Source: Mobula hypostoma
Taxonomy: Eukaryota
Assembly: GCF_963921235.1 (NCBI RefSeq)
Contig: NC_086108.1
Span: forward strand, 73,782,001 to 73,846,000
DNA length: 64,000 nucleotides
Direction: 5' to 3'
The position numbers were made by a program, and so were the translations under genes. The notes under the pieces are model-generated. The model worked only from the letters and a program-made list of their open reading frames with translations, was not told where the DNA came from and made no database searches. Position 1 is the stretch's first letter; every line of letters starts with the position of its first letter. Positions 1 through 12,482 of the stretch are shown piece by piece.

Positions 1-836
1 GGGTAAAGAAATGGTAGATGGAAAACACTGTTGGGAAGTGTATGGTCATGCTCTTTGGCAGAAGAAATGAAAGGGTTTACCATTTTCTGAATGGAGAGAA
101 AATACATAAAAACAGAGACGCAAGGGATTTGGGAGTCCTTGTGCACGATTCCCTAAAGGATAATTTGCAGGTTGAGTCTGTGGTGAAGAAGGCAAATGCA
201 ATGTTAGCATTCATTTCAAAGGACTAGAGTATAAAAGCAAGGATGTACTGTTAAGATTTTATAAAGCACTAGTGAGGTCTCACTTGGAGTTTTGAGAGCA
301 GGTTTGGACCCCTTAGCTTATAAAGTATGTGCTGAAACTGGAGAGGGTTCAATTGAGGTTCATGAAAAAGATTCCAGGATTGACTGGCTTGCCATATGAA
401 GATTGTTTGATTGCTCTGGGACTGTGTTCACTAGAATTCAGAAGAATGAAGATTGACTTCATTGAAACCTATCAAATGGGGAAAGGCCTAGATAGAGTGG
501 ATATGAAGATGTTTCCTGTGGTGGGAGGGTCTAAGATCAGAGGACACAGCCTCAGAGTAGAGGGGCATTCTTTCAGAACTGAAATTAGGAGAATTTCTTT
601 AGCCAGAGAGTGGCAAATCTGTGAAATTGTTTGCCACAGGCAGCTGTGGAGGCCAAGTCTTTATGTATATTTAAGGTACAGTTTGATAGATTTTTGATTG
701 GCCAAACGTGAAGGGATACGGGGAGAAGGCAGGAGTTTGGGGCTGAGAGGAAAACTTGGATCAGCCATGGTGAAATGACGGAGCACACTCGATGGGCCAA
801 TTGGCCTAACTCTGCTCCTATATCCTATGGTCTTAT
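1..836 (+). mobile_element. CR1-clade LINE, degenerate ORF2 C-terminus and 3' UTR
   Basis: ORFs with RDLGVLVHDSLK, KKANAMLAFI, LERVQ..F.K.IPGL, RGHSLRV. Ends in a tatcctatggtcttat-type tail. Confidence 0.9.
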
Positions 837-1124
837 AAACGTCTAAGATTCTATGTTTCTATATCCACTAAGGATACACTATATCTCCTACTTTATGGCC
901 TGGAATGAATTTTAAACATAAATATGAACTCTGTTATGGCATTCATCCGTATGTGAGGTTCCAGAAGTACTAGATAATATGATTGTTATAATATTACTAT
1001 TAGGTGACAAAAGACTAGACAACATGACTTTCTGTTTCTACCTTCAGTAGATTTATTATATTATTTTCAACAATGGCACGTTATGTACTAATTGATTGCA
1101 AATGTTAAAAGATGCATTTGGTAA

Positions 1125-1225
1125 GTGTGTGTGTAAATATGTATGTATGTATGTGTGTGTATATATTCTTACAAAACATCCGCATGACACACATACATAT
1201 ACATACACATATACCCCCCCCCCAC
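1125..1225. repeat. (TG)/(TATG)/(CATA) microsatellite-like simple repeats and a poly-C run
   Basis: Direct inspection. Confidence 0.7.
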
Positions 1226-1345
1226 CGTATATGTACCATATGTATCATTCATCTGGTTAATTCCACATGCATCTGTTAAAATTTCATGCAACACCCAGAA
1301 AACTGTTCATGCAATTCCAGTTTAAAATGAAGCAACAAACCTTAC

Positions 1346-1421
1346 CTTCGTGCTGGTATGAATGAAAAATGAGCTGCTGCATTGGGAGAAAAATTCCTTG
1401 GACTGTCGAGGGGACTGCCAC
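1346..1421 (-). CDS. MAST2: MAST-family kinase internal exon, 76 nt: (G)[24 protein letters not shown](R)
   Basis: Acceptor tacccgcag| and donor |gtaagg. The translation matches MAST2 [26 protein letters not shown]. The phase-1 start completes the Gly codon from the previous exon. The gene continues beyond position 1. Confidence 0.95.
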
Positions 1422-1679
1422 CTGCGGGTAAATTGAGAATGCAAAGAGTGAAATTTCACCCAGTTTGAAATACTACATGAATATGTGTTCCCAAGTGATT
1501 TGATCCATAGGATCAATGAACCAGATCAAAACCATTTATGGTTCAATTTCCTAACCGTATGAGGATAACTGGTTTCACCTCAGTTAGCAGAGTTGGATAT
1601 AAGCATGCCTCAGTGCCCTTTTGTCTCTTTGTTAGGATAGGAAAATCCACTGTTCATAGAACACTAAAAATTATAAAAA

Positions 1680-2620
1680 TCAGAAATTCTGCAGATGCTG
1701 GAAACCCAAAGCAATACACACAAAATGCTGGAGGAATTCAGAAAATTAGGCAGCATCTATGGAAATGAATAAGCAGTTGACATTTTGAGATGAGACCCTT
1801 CTTCAGGACTGGAAAGGAAGGGGGAAGACACCAGAATAAAATGCCGGGGGTGGGGTGGGGGAGGAGGATAGCTAGAAGGTGACAGGTGAAGCCATGTGGA
1901 CAGGAGAGGTAAAGGGCTAGAGAGGAAGGCATTTGATAAGAGAAAAGACAGAAGACCATAGGAGAAAGGGAAGGAGGAGGCGACCCAGGGGAGGTGATAG
2001 GAAGGTGAGAAGAGATAGGAGGCCAGAGTGGGAAATCGAAGAGGAGAGGGGGAGTTTTTCTTTACCAGAAGGAGAGATCAATATACATGCCATCAGGTTG
2101 GAGGCTACCCAGACAGAATACAAGGTGTTGCTCCTCCACTCTGAGGGTGACCTCACTGTAGCACAAGAAGCAGTCATGGACCGACATGTCGGAAAAGGAA
2201 AGAGAATCAAAATTAAAATGTTTGACCACCAGGAAGTTCCACTTTTGGCATATGGAGCAGAGGTGTTTAACAAAGCGGTCCCCCAGTTTACATTGGGAGC
2301 AATGGATACAACAGACAGCCCCAGAAGATTCACATGTGAAGTGATGCCTCACCTGAAAGGACTGTTTGAGGCCTTGAACTGAGTTGAGTGAGATGGTGAA
2401 TGAGCAGGTGTAACACTTGGGCTGCTTGCAGGGATTAAGTGCCAGGAGGGAGATTAGTGAGGAAGGGCAAAGGGACAAGGAAATCACAGACAGAGCAATA
2501 TCCCTGCAGAAAGAGGAGAGTGCGAGGGTGGGGGGGGGGTGTGGGAAGTAATGATATGCTTGGTGGTAAGATCCCTTTGGAGGTGGTGGAAGTTGTGGAG
2601 AATGATCTGTTGTATACAAA
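1680..2620 (-). mobile_element. Penelope-like element (Neptune-type), degenerate GIY-YIG end plus terminal repeat with hammerhead remnant
   Basis: ORF 2062-2619 has PCKQPKCYTC, HFTCES.GAVCCIHCSQC, LGDRFVKH and RVEEQHLVFCLGSLQPDGM. Homologous to the copy at 48285-49460. Confidence 0.88.
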
Positions 2621-3439
2621 ATAGTTATCCTGTATTTTCCACAGGAATTGCTTGCATGAAAATATTAGTTTAAGATTAACATTTATGATTATCAATCAAA
2701 GATATAATTTGTTAAGAATGATGCTCCACACCAATCACAATCTTCAGGGAGAACATTAGCCAGTAAACTAAAAGAAATTTGAAAACAATAATTATTATTA
2801 AGAGACCTATGTAGAATCAGCAAAACATCTAGCATAAATTTGACATGACAATGCCCACATGAAGGCAAAATAAATTTACTCTGGAAGGTAATTTGGCAAG
2901 ATAATCATAATCATAAATCAATATTCTGCAATTTTTAAAAATGTGGTCAATTCTTGTAGCAATAATAAAGGAAAGAAAGGGCACCCAAAAGTCTTATACT
3001 TCATGAGTGACCTGACCCTGTTCATTCCTTAGCAAATCAACTGTTTGTAAATGTTATCGAACAGCACTCATGAAGATACAAATTAAATCATACACACTAA
3101 ATCAAGCTTTTTTTTAAAATCAGCAATATATTATTGAAAAATATAAAGATATAAATGTTGATTTTAATGGGAATACAATTGTTTATGAAAACAGTCCCCA
3201 TCTTTTTCATTGAAGCATTAGAAATTCTAATTCTATGCAGTACCTACAGCCCATGACAAAATGGAAAGTGCAGTTTGTATGGATTCAATTATGCAACTCA
3301 AAATTTCTCAAAATAGATGTTTTGCTATCAATTAAATTAACCTTATGGATAAATTTGATCAACTTAATCGATTTGGATGCCAATTCAGAAATGTGCAGGT
3401 TTTATTTGCTTTTATTTAAAAGCTTACATCAATGTAGAC

Positions 3440-4604
3440 CAGCGGTCCCCAACCACCGGGCCGCGAGGAAACGATATGATTTGGCGATAGGAGTCAGCTG
3501 CACGTTTCCTCATTCCCTGTCACGCCCACTGTTGAGCCATTACGCAGGCGAGGTCATTACCCGCGCATCATCCATTTCAGCGCGGGAAGGAGACCAACTC
3601 CTCGAGCTTGCAGATGACGGTGGGCTGGAAAGTATGTTTGACATAACATCTCTGCCGGCATTCTGGATCAAAGTCAAGGCTAAAAATCCTGAGAAAGCCA
3701 CGAAAGCACTGAAAACATTACTTTCATTTCCAATGTATCTCTGCAATGAATGCAACGAAAACTAAATTGCAGAATAGACTGGACACAAGGAACCCCCTTT
3801 GAGTATCGCTGTCTCCCATCACTCCTCGATGGGACAGTCTCGTTGCAGGAAAACAAGCCCAGGGCTCCCACTGATTCAGCGATATTGGTGTGTTGCAATG
3901 ATTTTATATGTTCATACGGGGAGAATATGTGCTGCGTGTTTAATATCCAAACGTTACTTAAAATGTTATGATGCTATTGACTTATATAACCATATAACAA
4001 TTACAGCACGGAAACAGGCCATCTCTCCCCTTCTAGTCCGTGCCGAACGCTACTCTCACCTAGTCCCTGACCTGCACTCAGCCCATAACCCTCCATTTCT
4101 TTCCTGTCCATATATAGCTATCCAATTTTTCTTTAAATGATAATATCGAACCTGCCTCTACCACTTCTACTGGAAGTTCGTTTAACACTTACTTCAAGCT
4201 CCCCTGATAATTGACTTATCACTATATTCAGGCGAGGAAAATATGCGCTGTGTGTTTAATATTAAATTCGTTAGATAATCCCTTTTAGAAAGGAAATTGA
4301 GTGTATTAGTCACTTATCACCGATATTCCAGTCGTGATTAACACACCCCTCCACCCCCGGGAACAGAATCGCCAAAAACGATTTGTAGAAAAAAATCGTA
4401 CATGCATGCGCAAGTTACGCATGTGCGCTGGTGCCCGCGCAAGGCTTCATGGTCATTGTAGTCTTTCTCGGGGTAAACCCAGCATATTTGACCGCTACTC
4501 TTGTCCATTGGCAACCCTACCACCACCCCCGGTCGGCCGGTCCGCAAGAATATTGTCAGTAATAAACCGCCGGTCCGCAGTGCGAGAAAGGTTGGGGACC
4601 CCTG
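3440..4604 (+). mobile_element. Non-autonomous hAT (Charlie/Buster-type) DNA transposon with transposase C-terminal remnant
   Basis: TIRs CAGCGGTCCCCAACC / GGTTGGGGACCCCTG. Perfect 8-bp TSD ATGTAGAC at 3432-3439 and 4605-4612. Internal hAT dimerisation-domain remnant FWIKVKAKNPEKATKALKTLLSFP..YLC and ...RLD...SLSPITPRWDSLVAGKQAQGSH* ending at 3874. Confidence 0.93.
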
Positions 4605-4709
4605 ATGTAGACATTCACTGAAGTGCCAAGACTGTATACATAAGTATCAGTAGTTTCAAAAAAGCCACTACGTGGTAGTGCAACAGTATTAACATGTTCA
4701 GATTACATC

Positions 4710-5125
4710 ATTAATTTATATTCATTCAGATACAGCAAGGAATAGGCCCTTCCAGCCCTTCCAGCTGCACTGTCTAGTAACCCCTGATTTAATCTTAGCC
4801 TAACCACAGGACAATTTACAATGACCAATTGACTTACTAACCAGTAAGTCATTGGACTGTGGAAGGAAACAAAAGCACCCAGAGAAAACCCAAGCATTCC
4901 AGAGGGAGGATGTACAGACTCCTTACAGAGAGAACATAGAACAGTATAGCACAGTGCAGGTCCTTCGGCCCACAATGTTGTGCCGACCCTCAAACCCTGC
5001 CTCCCATATAACCCCCCACCTTAAATTACTCCATATACCGGTCTAGATGATGTTGGAATAGAACTCCAAACTCCGATACCCTGAGCTGTAACACAGTCAC
5101 GCTAACCACTACGCCACCGTGGTGC
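4710..5125 (-). mobile_element. tRNA-derived V-domain SINE (HE1-like), interrupted by a CR1-type 3' tail at about 4930-5045
   Basis: Minus strand has an A-box-like GGTGGCGTAGTGGTTAGC and a V-domain-like GGGTTTTCTCTGGGTGCTTTTGTTTCCTTCCACAGTCCAATGAC followed by TTGGTCATTGTAAATTGTCC. Confidence 0.75.
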
Positions 5126-5464
5126 TCAACACTTTCAACCCATATCCTTAGCTCCAAAATGCTCAAATACGTAACACCTCATCACACAAGGAATGCCAAG
5201 TATAAGCATCAACAGAGCTCACAGATTCCCCTTGGGGTCTGCATCATGAAGTACCTTAAAAGCCGACCTAGATTGCAGGGAGGACACATCATATGGAGCA
5301 GTGATGATGTGTTTTCAAATAAACACACTAGATAATTGATCAATGTGACTCAAGGACAGAGTTATCAGCAGTCACATTTGTTATTTTCAGCAAAAAAAAA
5401 TTCAGCCAAACCTTTCCATCAAATTACACAACTTGCATGATAAAACCTATCTCTACAGTTCCCA

Positions 5465-5594
5465 GAACAACAGGAATTCTGCAGATGCTGGAAATTCAAG
5501 CAACACACATCAAAGTTGCTGGTGAACGCAGCAGGCCAAGCAGCATCTATAGGAAGAGGCGCAGTCGACGTTTCAGGCCGAGACCCTTCGTCAG
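5465..5594 (-). mobile_element. Young Penelope-like terminal fragment ending at a hammerhead core
   Basis: Nearly identical to 48290-48415, with CpGs retained. Confidence 0.85.
5562..5594 (-). ncRNA. Minimal type I hammerhead ribozyme motif (intact catalytic core, 5' arm of helix I missing)
   Basis: Minus strand reads CUGACGA-AGG-gucucgg-CCU-GAAAC-GUC-GACUG: CUGANGA and GAAA boxes, 3-bp helix II, palindromic ACGU helix III and a GUC cleavage triplet. Confidence 0.8.
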
Positions 5595-5726
5595 TTCCCA
5601 GATTTCATATAAAATGTAAAGAGGTTTGCAAGTTTCAATGTTTTTGAAGAACAGAAATACCACTATCTTGTTTGATTTCAGATGAGATTTCAGAAGTAAA
5701 ACTAGTAAAGGTAATAGCTGAGTAAC

Positions 5727-5922
5727 CAGAAACATAAGAGATTCTGCAGTTGCTGGAAAACCAGAGCAACACAAGCAGAATGCTGGAGGAACTCAGTAGG
5801 TCAGGCAGCATCCGTGGAGAGGAACAAAAATGAATAAATGTTTAGGAACAACGACTGTTTACTCATTTCCACATAAGCTGCCTGACCTGCTGAGTTCATC
5901 CAGCAATTTGTGTGTGCAGCTT
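5727..5922. mobile_element. Short fold-back element made of two inverted Penelope terminal segments
   Basis: Left arm tgctggaggaactcagtaggtcaggcagc is the approximate reverse complement of right arm gctgcctgacctgctgagttcatccagca. Confidence 0.75.
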
Positions 5923-6297
5923 TGTAGCCACCTGTTCTTCAAATTGCCATCTTCACTATCCTTAAAGAAAGCTAGAAAATGAAAATAGCAAATGATGGAC
6001 TTATTAATTTAACATTTGTCATGGGAAACTTTTCAAGACAAAATCAACTGATTGGAAAGAGCCAGCAGTTGCCTAGCATAAACAGTGGAAGAGCAACCAA
6101 CTTTCAAAATGCCAACTTGCCACTTCGCTAGTTCCTACTACTTGATCTTTGACAAAGTCAGCAATTCTCACATTGGCATCATAAGTCATTTCACTCCACA
6201 GAATTGCAGAGGGTCTGCTCAAAAACAAGTTAGGGTATATCATGTTTCACTCACTTGTATGACTTTTTTTAAAAATCAATGGCATTGAGATGAAACA

Positions 6298-6978
6298 GCT
6301 GATTGTGGACTTCAGGAAGAGTAAGACAAGGGAACACAATCCTCGGAGGGATCAGAAGTGGAAAGAGTAAGCAATTTCAAGTTCCTGGGTGTCAAAATCT
6401 CTGAGAATTTAACCTGGTCCCAACATATCGATGCAGCTACAAACAAAGCAAGACAGCAGCTATATTTCATTAGAAGCTTGAAGAGATTTGGTTTGTCACC
6501 TAAAACACTCAAAAATTTCTATAGATGTACTGCAGAGAGCATTCTGACAGGCTGCTTCACAGTCTGGTATGGAGGAGGGGGCTCAGCATTGCACAGGATC
6601 GAAAGCAGCTGCAGAAAGTTTTAAAATTAGTCATCTCCATCTTGAGTACTGGCCTTCGTAGTATCCAAGACATCTTCAAGGAGCAGTATCGCGAAAGGCG
6701 GCATCCATAATTAAGGATCCACATCACTCAGGGAATGTCCTCTTCTCATTGTTACTGTCGGGTAATATACATTTTTAACATATATTATTTATGTTTTTGC
6801 ATTATTTTTTATCTATTCAAAATATATATATACATACACACTCTATACTAACTGCAATTAATTTACTTGTGTATTATTTTTTTTCTTACTGTATTACCAT
6901 GTGTTGCATTGAACTGCTGCTGCTAAGTTAGCAAATTTTACGATACATGCCAGTGATAGCAAATCCGAATCTGACTTT
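6298..6978 (+). mobile_element. Rex1/Babar-type LINE, 3' fragment
   Basis: VERVSNFKFLGV.ISENLTWSQHI, KARQQLYFIRSLKRFG, FYRCTAESILTGC; tail ...aatccgaatctga. Confidence 0.85.
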
Positions 6979-8209
6979 GGTGGAGCAGTGTCACTCAATA
7001 TTTTTATATGAATATGAACTTTCAGTAGATGCTGATAAGACTTGACAAAGGGTACAGTTAGCAAAAATGTAAGTGCATGCAAATTGTGTCAATGTCCAGA
7101 TGTGAGCAGCAAATGGGTTGAGAAGAAGGAGACAGATCAGAAATTATAGATCGTTATAGAAATCCTTCAAGGATCGATGTTTAGGCCACAGCTCTTTGCT
7201 ATATTTACTTATCTTGGTAATCTACAGATTTTGAGTCAAAAACTCAGGGGTAATTCTTGTGTTTCAAGCTGAATGCCTGATCAGGGGGGTCTTTCTTTTC
7301 CTTCTTCCTGATTTCTTTAACTCCTTGCCTCTGGAGGGCAGGACTCCTGAGAAACGTCTTCATCGAGCCATGAATTTTGCAGTATTTGCTTTTAAGCAGG
7401 GAGCACACGCACTGAAGAACCAGGATGTAAAGAAAAGAAGACGGCAGATGATATCTCAAATACTACCCAAGCTTTTGGTAAGCACAATGTTTATGTGCCT
7501 GACCTGCTGAGTTCCTCCAGTGTTTTATGTCTTGCTCCAGATTCTAGAATCTCTGGTGACTTTTGTCTCCAATGTGTTTATGTATTTTTTGGTCAATGGA
7601 CCTGCATTTTACTCAAGAAAATTTAAAAATAACAAAAGAAAATTTGAGTGTCAGAATTAGAAAAATTGAACTGGAAAGATTTTTCCCTCCTTTAAAAATT
7701 ATATCCCCAATTGCTATTTTTCAACATTTATATGTTAAAAGAATGACAAGCTCGGACTGTAGCAGCGAAAGAATGATTTTTGAAGGTGCATCATCTCTAT
7801 TTTGAAACTGATCATTATTACAAAAGCCAAAAAGTGAATTTATTGAACTATTTTTCAAATAAATATTATTAGCAACCAATATTATATTTTATTAAAAGAC
7901 ATGCCCTAGACTACAGTATAACTCACATCTATTCTCTTATTAGGAAAGATCCATTGTTATTATACAAAAGAACCCATAATAACAGTGACAAAGCAGCTTA
8001 TTTTCAGCACTGTTCTTCCCACATGGCTCTACCGTATGTTTATTACACCCATACCAAACAACTGACACTGGCAAGACAAGATGAAATGTTCTTTTTAATC
8101 CATGAGGAAATGTATTTGGAAAATGTACCATGAAAACTCCAACTAGTTTTTCTAGTTCAACACTAGCTCTTATCAATGAAATTATTGAGAAAATTGACAG
8201 TCAAGAATT

Positions 8210-9760
8210 AGAATCAGAATTAGGCTTAGTATCACTGGTCTATGTCATAAAGTTCGTCTTGTGGCAGCAGTAGATTGCAATACATAATAATAACTATAAA
8301 TCAAGTAGCATGGTATACAGTAAATAAAAAGATTAAATTAAATAAGTAGTGCAAAAAAAGAGGAAAAAATACTAAGGTAATGCTCACTGATGGTGGAAGG
8401 GAAGCTGTTCTAAAACGTTGAGTGTGTGTCTTCAGGCTCCTGCACCTCCTCATAGAAGGTAGCAATGAGGAAAGTGCATCTGCTGGGTGATGGGGGCCCT
8501 TAATGATGGATGCCTCCTTTTTGAGACATCATCTTTTGAAGGTGTCCAGGATGTTGTGGAGCCTACCGGTAGTTGCATCCCCTCTCCTCTCCTCCACTAT
8601 TCCCCACTCACCCTACCTCCTTACCTGCCCAACACCTCTCTCTGATGCTCCCCTTCCTTCCCTTTGCTTCCATAGGCTTCTATCCTCTCCTCAGATTCCC
8701 CTTTCTCCAGCCCTTTATCTCTTTCACCAAACAACTTCCCAGCTCTTTATTTCACCCCCTCTCCCTCACCTATTACCTTGTACTTCTTCCTCCTCCCCCC
8801 CACCACCTTCTTACTCTGACTTCTCTTTCTGTCCAGTCCTGATGAAAAGTCTCGGCCTGAAACATTGACTGTTTACCCTTTTCTAAAGATGCTGCCTGGC
8901 CTGCTAAATTCATCCACCATTTTTACAACTTTCTGCAGTTTTTCTGATCCTGTCCAGTGGCCCCTTCATATCAGGTGAAACCAGTTAAGAATGTTCTCCA
9001 CAGTACATCTGTAGAAATTTGCGAGTGCCTTTGGTGACATACCAATTCTCCTCACACTCTTAATGAAATACAGTCACTGTCATGCCTTCTCAGTAGTTGC
9101 ATCTGCAGTATATGTTGGACCCAAGATAGATCCTCAGACATGTTGACACCAGGAACTTGGAATTGCTCACCCTTTCAACTTCTGATTCAGCAGTTAGACT
9201 GAGGTGTCTTCCCTCATCTTCTCCTTCCTGAAGTCCACAATCATTTCCTTGGTCTTACGATCTTGAGTGCAAGATTGTTGCTGCAACACCATTCAACCAG
9301 CTGATATATCTGACTCCTGTGTGCCTCCTCGTCACCATTACAAATTCTGCCAACCATAGATGTGTCATTGGCAAATTTATAGATGGTGTCTGAGCTGTGT
9401 CGAGCACACAATCGTCGGTGTGGAGAGAGTACAGCAGTGGATTAAGCACACATTCTTGAAGTGCGCTGGTGTTAGCTGTCAGCGAGTAGGAGATGTTATT
9501 TCCAATCCACACAGAATGTGATCTCCAAATGAGGAAGTCAAGGATCCAGTTGCAGAAAAAGGCATCAAGGCCCAGGTTTTGGAAGGCATAATTGTATTGA
9601 ACCTTGAGCTGTAGTCAATTAACAGAAATCTGACGTAGGTATTGCTACTGTGTAGATGATCCAAGGCTGAATGGAGAGCCAGTGAGACTGCATCCACAGG
9701 AGACCAATTGTGGCGACAGGCAAAGTGCAGGGTGTCGAGGTCCTTGCTAAGGCCCATTCC
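8210..9760 (-). mobile_element. Rex1/Babar-type LINE, degenerate, with a nested plus-strand Penelope terminal fragment at about 8570-8925
   Basis: DAVSLALHSALDHL, YVRFLLIDYSSRFNTI, QECVLNPLLYSLHT.DCV; (TTCTGA)-like tail at about 8210-8225. Confidence 0.82.
8834..8871 (+). ncRNA. Degenerate minimal hammerhead motif in Penelope terminus
   Basis: CAGUC-CUGAUGA-AAA-gucucgg-CCU-GAAAC-AUU-GACUG. Helix I (CAGUC/GACUG) is perfect; helices II and III are disrupted. Confidence 0.7.
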
Positions 9761-11717
9761 CTTTTGTTCTGAACTAAGCAGCATAAATTTATTTCCATTT
9801 TTATGAGTTATGCCCTACTATGAATCATATATACAGTAATTTCCTGTACATTTTCAATTCTGAATAATAAGGATGTCATAAACACAAAGAATGTACTTTA
9901 GCATTAAGAATGAAGCCCAATCATGTAGAAGAAACAATACAGTATATCTTCCAAAATTCGGAAGCAGTGGGGAGGGGAGAAAATTGAACTGGAAAAAGAG
10001 GACAACAAAAAAAAATAGAGAACAGGTTAAATTGAAACAGGCAGCTGTTGGAATGGAAAACCAACACCGGTGACAATTAAAATAGAAGAAAACAATGAGT
10101 AATTAAATAAGGAGAACAACAGCAAAATGTATCCTACTCCATAGGCTGAAACAATTGTATTAGCAGATTAGCCATGAAACCACAAGATGGGAAGCTTGCA
10201 ATTGGAAATGCATTACAAAATAGATCATATTATCCAGGGAGAAGGAGTAAAAGTTGGTAAACAACCTAGACAAATGTATAAATGATTGTGTGAATAAAAC
10301 CTATTCAAGGTCATCTATCCCCATGGCAGTTCAATATTTACGTCATTCACTTCTCTAGAGAAAGCAACAAATAAAAGTAAAGGCCAAATTCTGACAAAAT
10401 GGAAATCAAGCACCTTAATCAAACAAATTCATAGACATTCATAACGGATATCTAAACAAATGTAATTCCCCACACAGCTACAAATCTCCCAAAGTTCTCC
10501 TTTGCCATGTCATTCAAATAAGGATTACAAAAAGCCTATACTTATAAAGATGAAGATGCTCTATTCCCACAAAATGTTCAGGTTTACTTGAAAACATATT
10601 TTGTTTTATAAATCAATGCAAATATTTAATACCCTAAGAAGTCTTGAGAAAGTGTATAGTGAAATTCAGTTTCAATTGAATAATTAATCACTGACAAGTG
10701 ACACAGCCTCAAGATTTTTATCTACATAATCCAACAGGAGAAAGTTAAAGGATTTATTTTCCACCCAATTTGCAAACAGAATACAAGATGCTTTATCACA
10801 AATGGAAACTGAGGTTTATTCAGAATAACAATTCATTCCTTAGTATCAATTGGATAAGAATTTACGTTCAAAAATATGGAAGGATACAAGGGCAACAAAA
10901 GTGCAAAAATACACAGTGCCTGTTTGTAAAATGGCACAAAGCAGATAAAATGGACAAAATTTCACTCCATTTATTGGTTAAATCTTGCTTTAATGTTTAA
11001 AACTGTGCTTTTACTCTGATACTTAATAAATATGGAAATTAAACCCATGATTTTTTAACAGCTAAAAAGCACTCCCAAAAAAATTATTAACACCAGCTCT
11101 CCATGCAATTATCCAACTTTATTAATTGTGATTTTTGACTTTGAGTTATTTCTATTATCAATAATCCTTCAGATTCCCTGAGTTATTGATAATTCATGTG
11201 CTGCAGTTCATGTCAAATGGAAATATAATCTGATGATATGAGACAACATCCATTATTAGGAGTGATAAACAGATGCTGGCTGTATCTGCACCTGTGCTTT
11301 AATGTAACCCGGGAAAATGTGTTTAATCATGTTATTTCAAAGCAATCTGTTGTGAAGAAAAACAAGACTATTTCAATACACTTGAATGCCAATTTTGCTT
11401 TGGTGCAATGGTCATCTAATGAAAGTTGACAGCATTTCAGTGAAATGCAAGCATGTGACTTGGCTATAATTTTCGCATCTTCAGGTACAAAGTTAAGATT
11501 CAAGTACAAAGCCTCTGTAGCTAACTGCACACTCAACTTCATAACCTTGTTCCAATCTGAAAAAACAATGAATTATTATCATTGTTTAGCTTTAGGCTAA
11601 TACAGCTACTATAGAAACAGTTTGATCTTTGGCTTAAATATAGTGGTTCCAGCTTCTACCTATGGAGTTTAAGCATTTTTAATCAGAAATTATAACCTAA
11701 TCCAAACAAATTGGAGT

Positions 11718-12060
11718 GAACATAGAAAACCTATAGCACAATACAGGCCCTTCAGCCCACAATGCTGTACCGAACATGTACTTACTTAGAAATTACTGCA
11801 GATTACCCATAGCCCTCTATTTTTCTAAGCTCCATGTACCTATCCAAGAGTCTCTTAAAAGACCCTATTGTATCTGCAACCACCACTGTCGCCAGCAGCC
11901 CATTCCACAGACTCACCACTCTCTGCATAAAAAAACTTACCCCTGATGTCTCCTCTGTACCTACTTCCAAGTAGCTTAAAACTGTGCCCTCTAATGTTAG
12001 CATTTCAGCCCTGGGAAAAAGCCTCTGACTATCCATCCAATCCATGCCTTTCATCATATA
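11718..12060 (-). mobile_element. CR1 LINE 3' end (young subfamily)
   Basis: DSQRLFPR, FFMQRVVSLWNGL, FKRLLDRYM. Same 3' UTR as 21541-21810 and 61260-61448. Confidence 0.88.
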
Positions 12061-12259
12061 TGAAGTATCCACTAGTATTGAGATGTCCCAGATTTGAAAG
12101 TAATGGCTCAAGAAACTGCATGATTTTCCAAGATATGCCAAGCAAAGTGCTATAACATTTTGAACTGTGCCATATTTATATTGGCTTCAAACACAATATG
12201 CCTATATCGTTCCTTGAAAGTTACTACAAGACAGATGGACAGAGGGATGAAGGTTTGCT

Positions 12260-12482
12260 TCCACCAGTCAGAATATTGAGTACAGGAGTTGGGACATCAT
12301 GTTACAGCTGTACAATATATTGGTAAGGCCACATTTGGAGAACTATCTGCAGTTGTGGTCATCCTGTTACAGGGAGAATGTCATTAAACAGGAGACGGTG
12401 TAAACAGAATATTCCTTGGACTGGAGGGCATGGGTTTATAAAAAGAGGCTGGGTAGGCTCAGGATGTTTCCTCTGAAGTGTG
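12260..12482 (+). mobile_element. Old CR1 ORF2 fragment
   Basis: attgagtacaggagttgggacatcatgttacagctgtac...ggtaaggccacatttggag encodes the IEYRSWDIMLQLY..LVRPHLE motif. Confidence 0.7.

Noticed and set aside
1322..1516. 64-aa minus-strand ORF from the track
   Set aside because: It overlaps the real 76-nt exon in the wrong frame; the exon frame encodes the MAST peptide.
3235..3765. 176-aa ORF as a ZBED/SCAND-like gene
   Set aside because: It is a chance read-through from flanking DNA across the TIR into a deleted transposase remnant.
7244..7459. Non-repetitive-looking stretch with short ORFs on both strands
   Set aside because: No recognisable domain or convincing splice sites.
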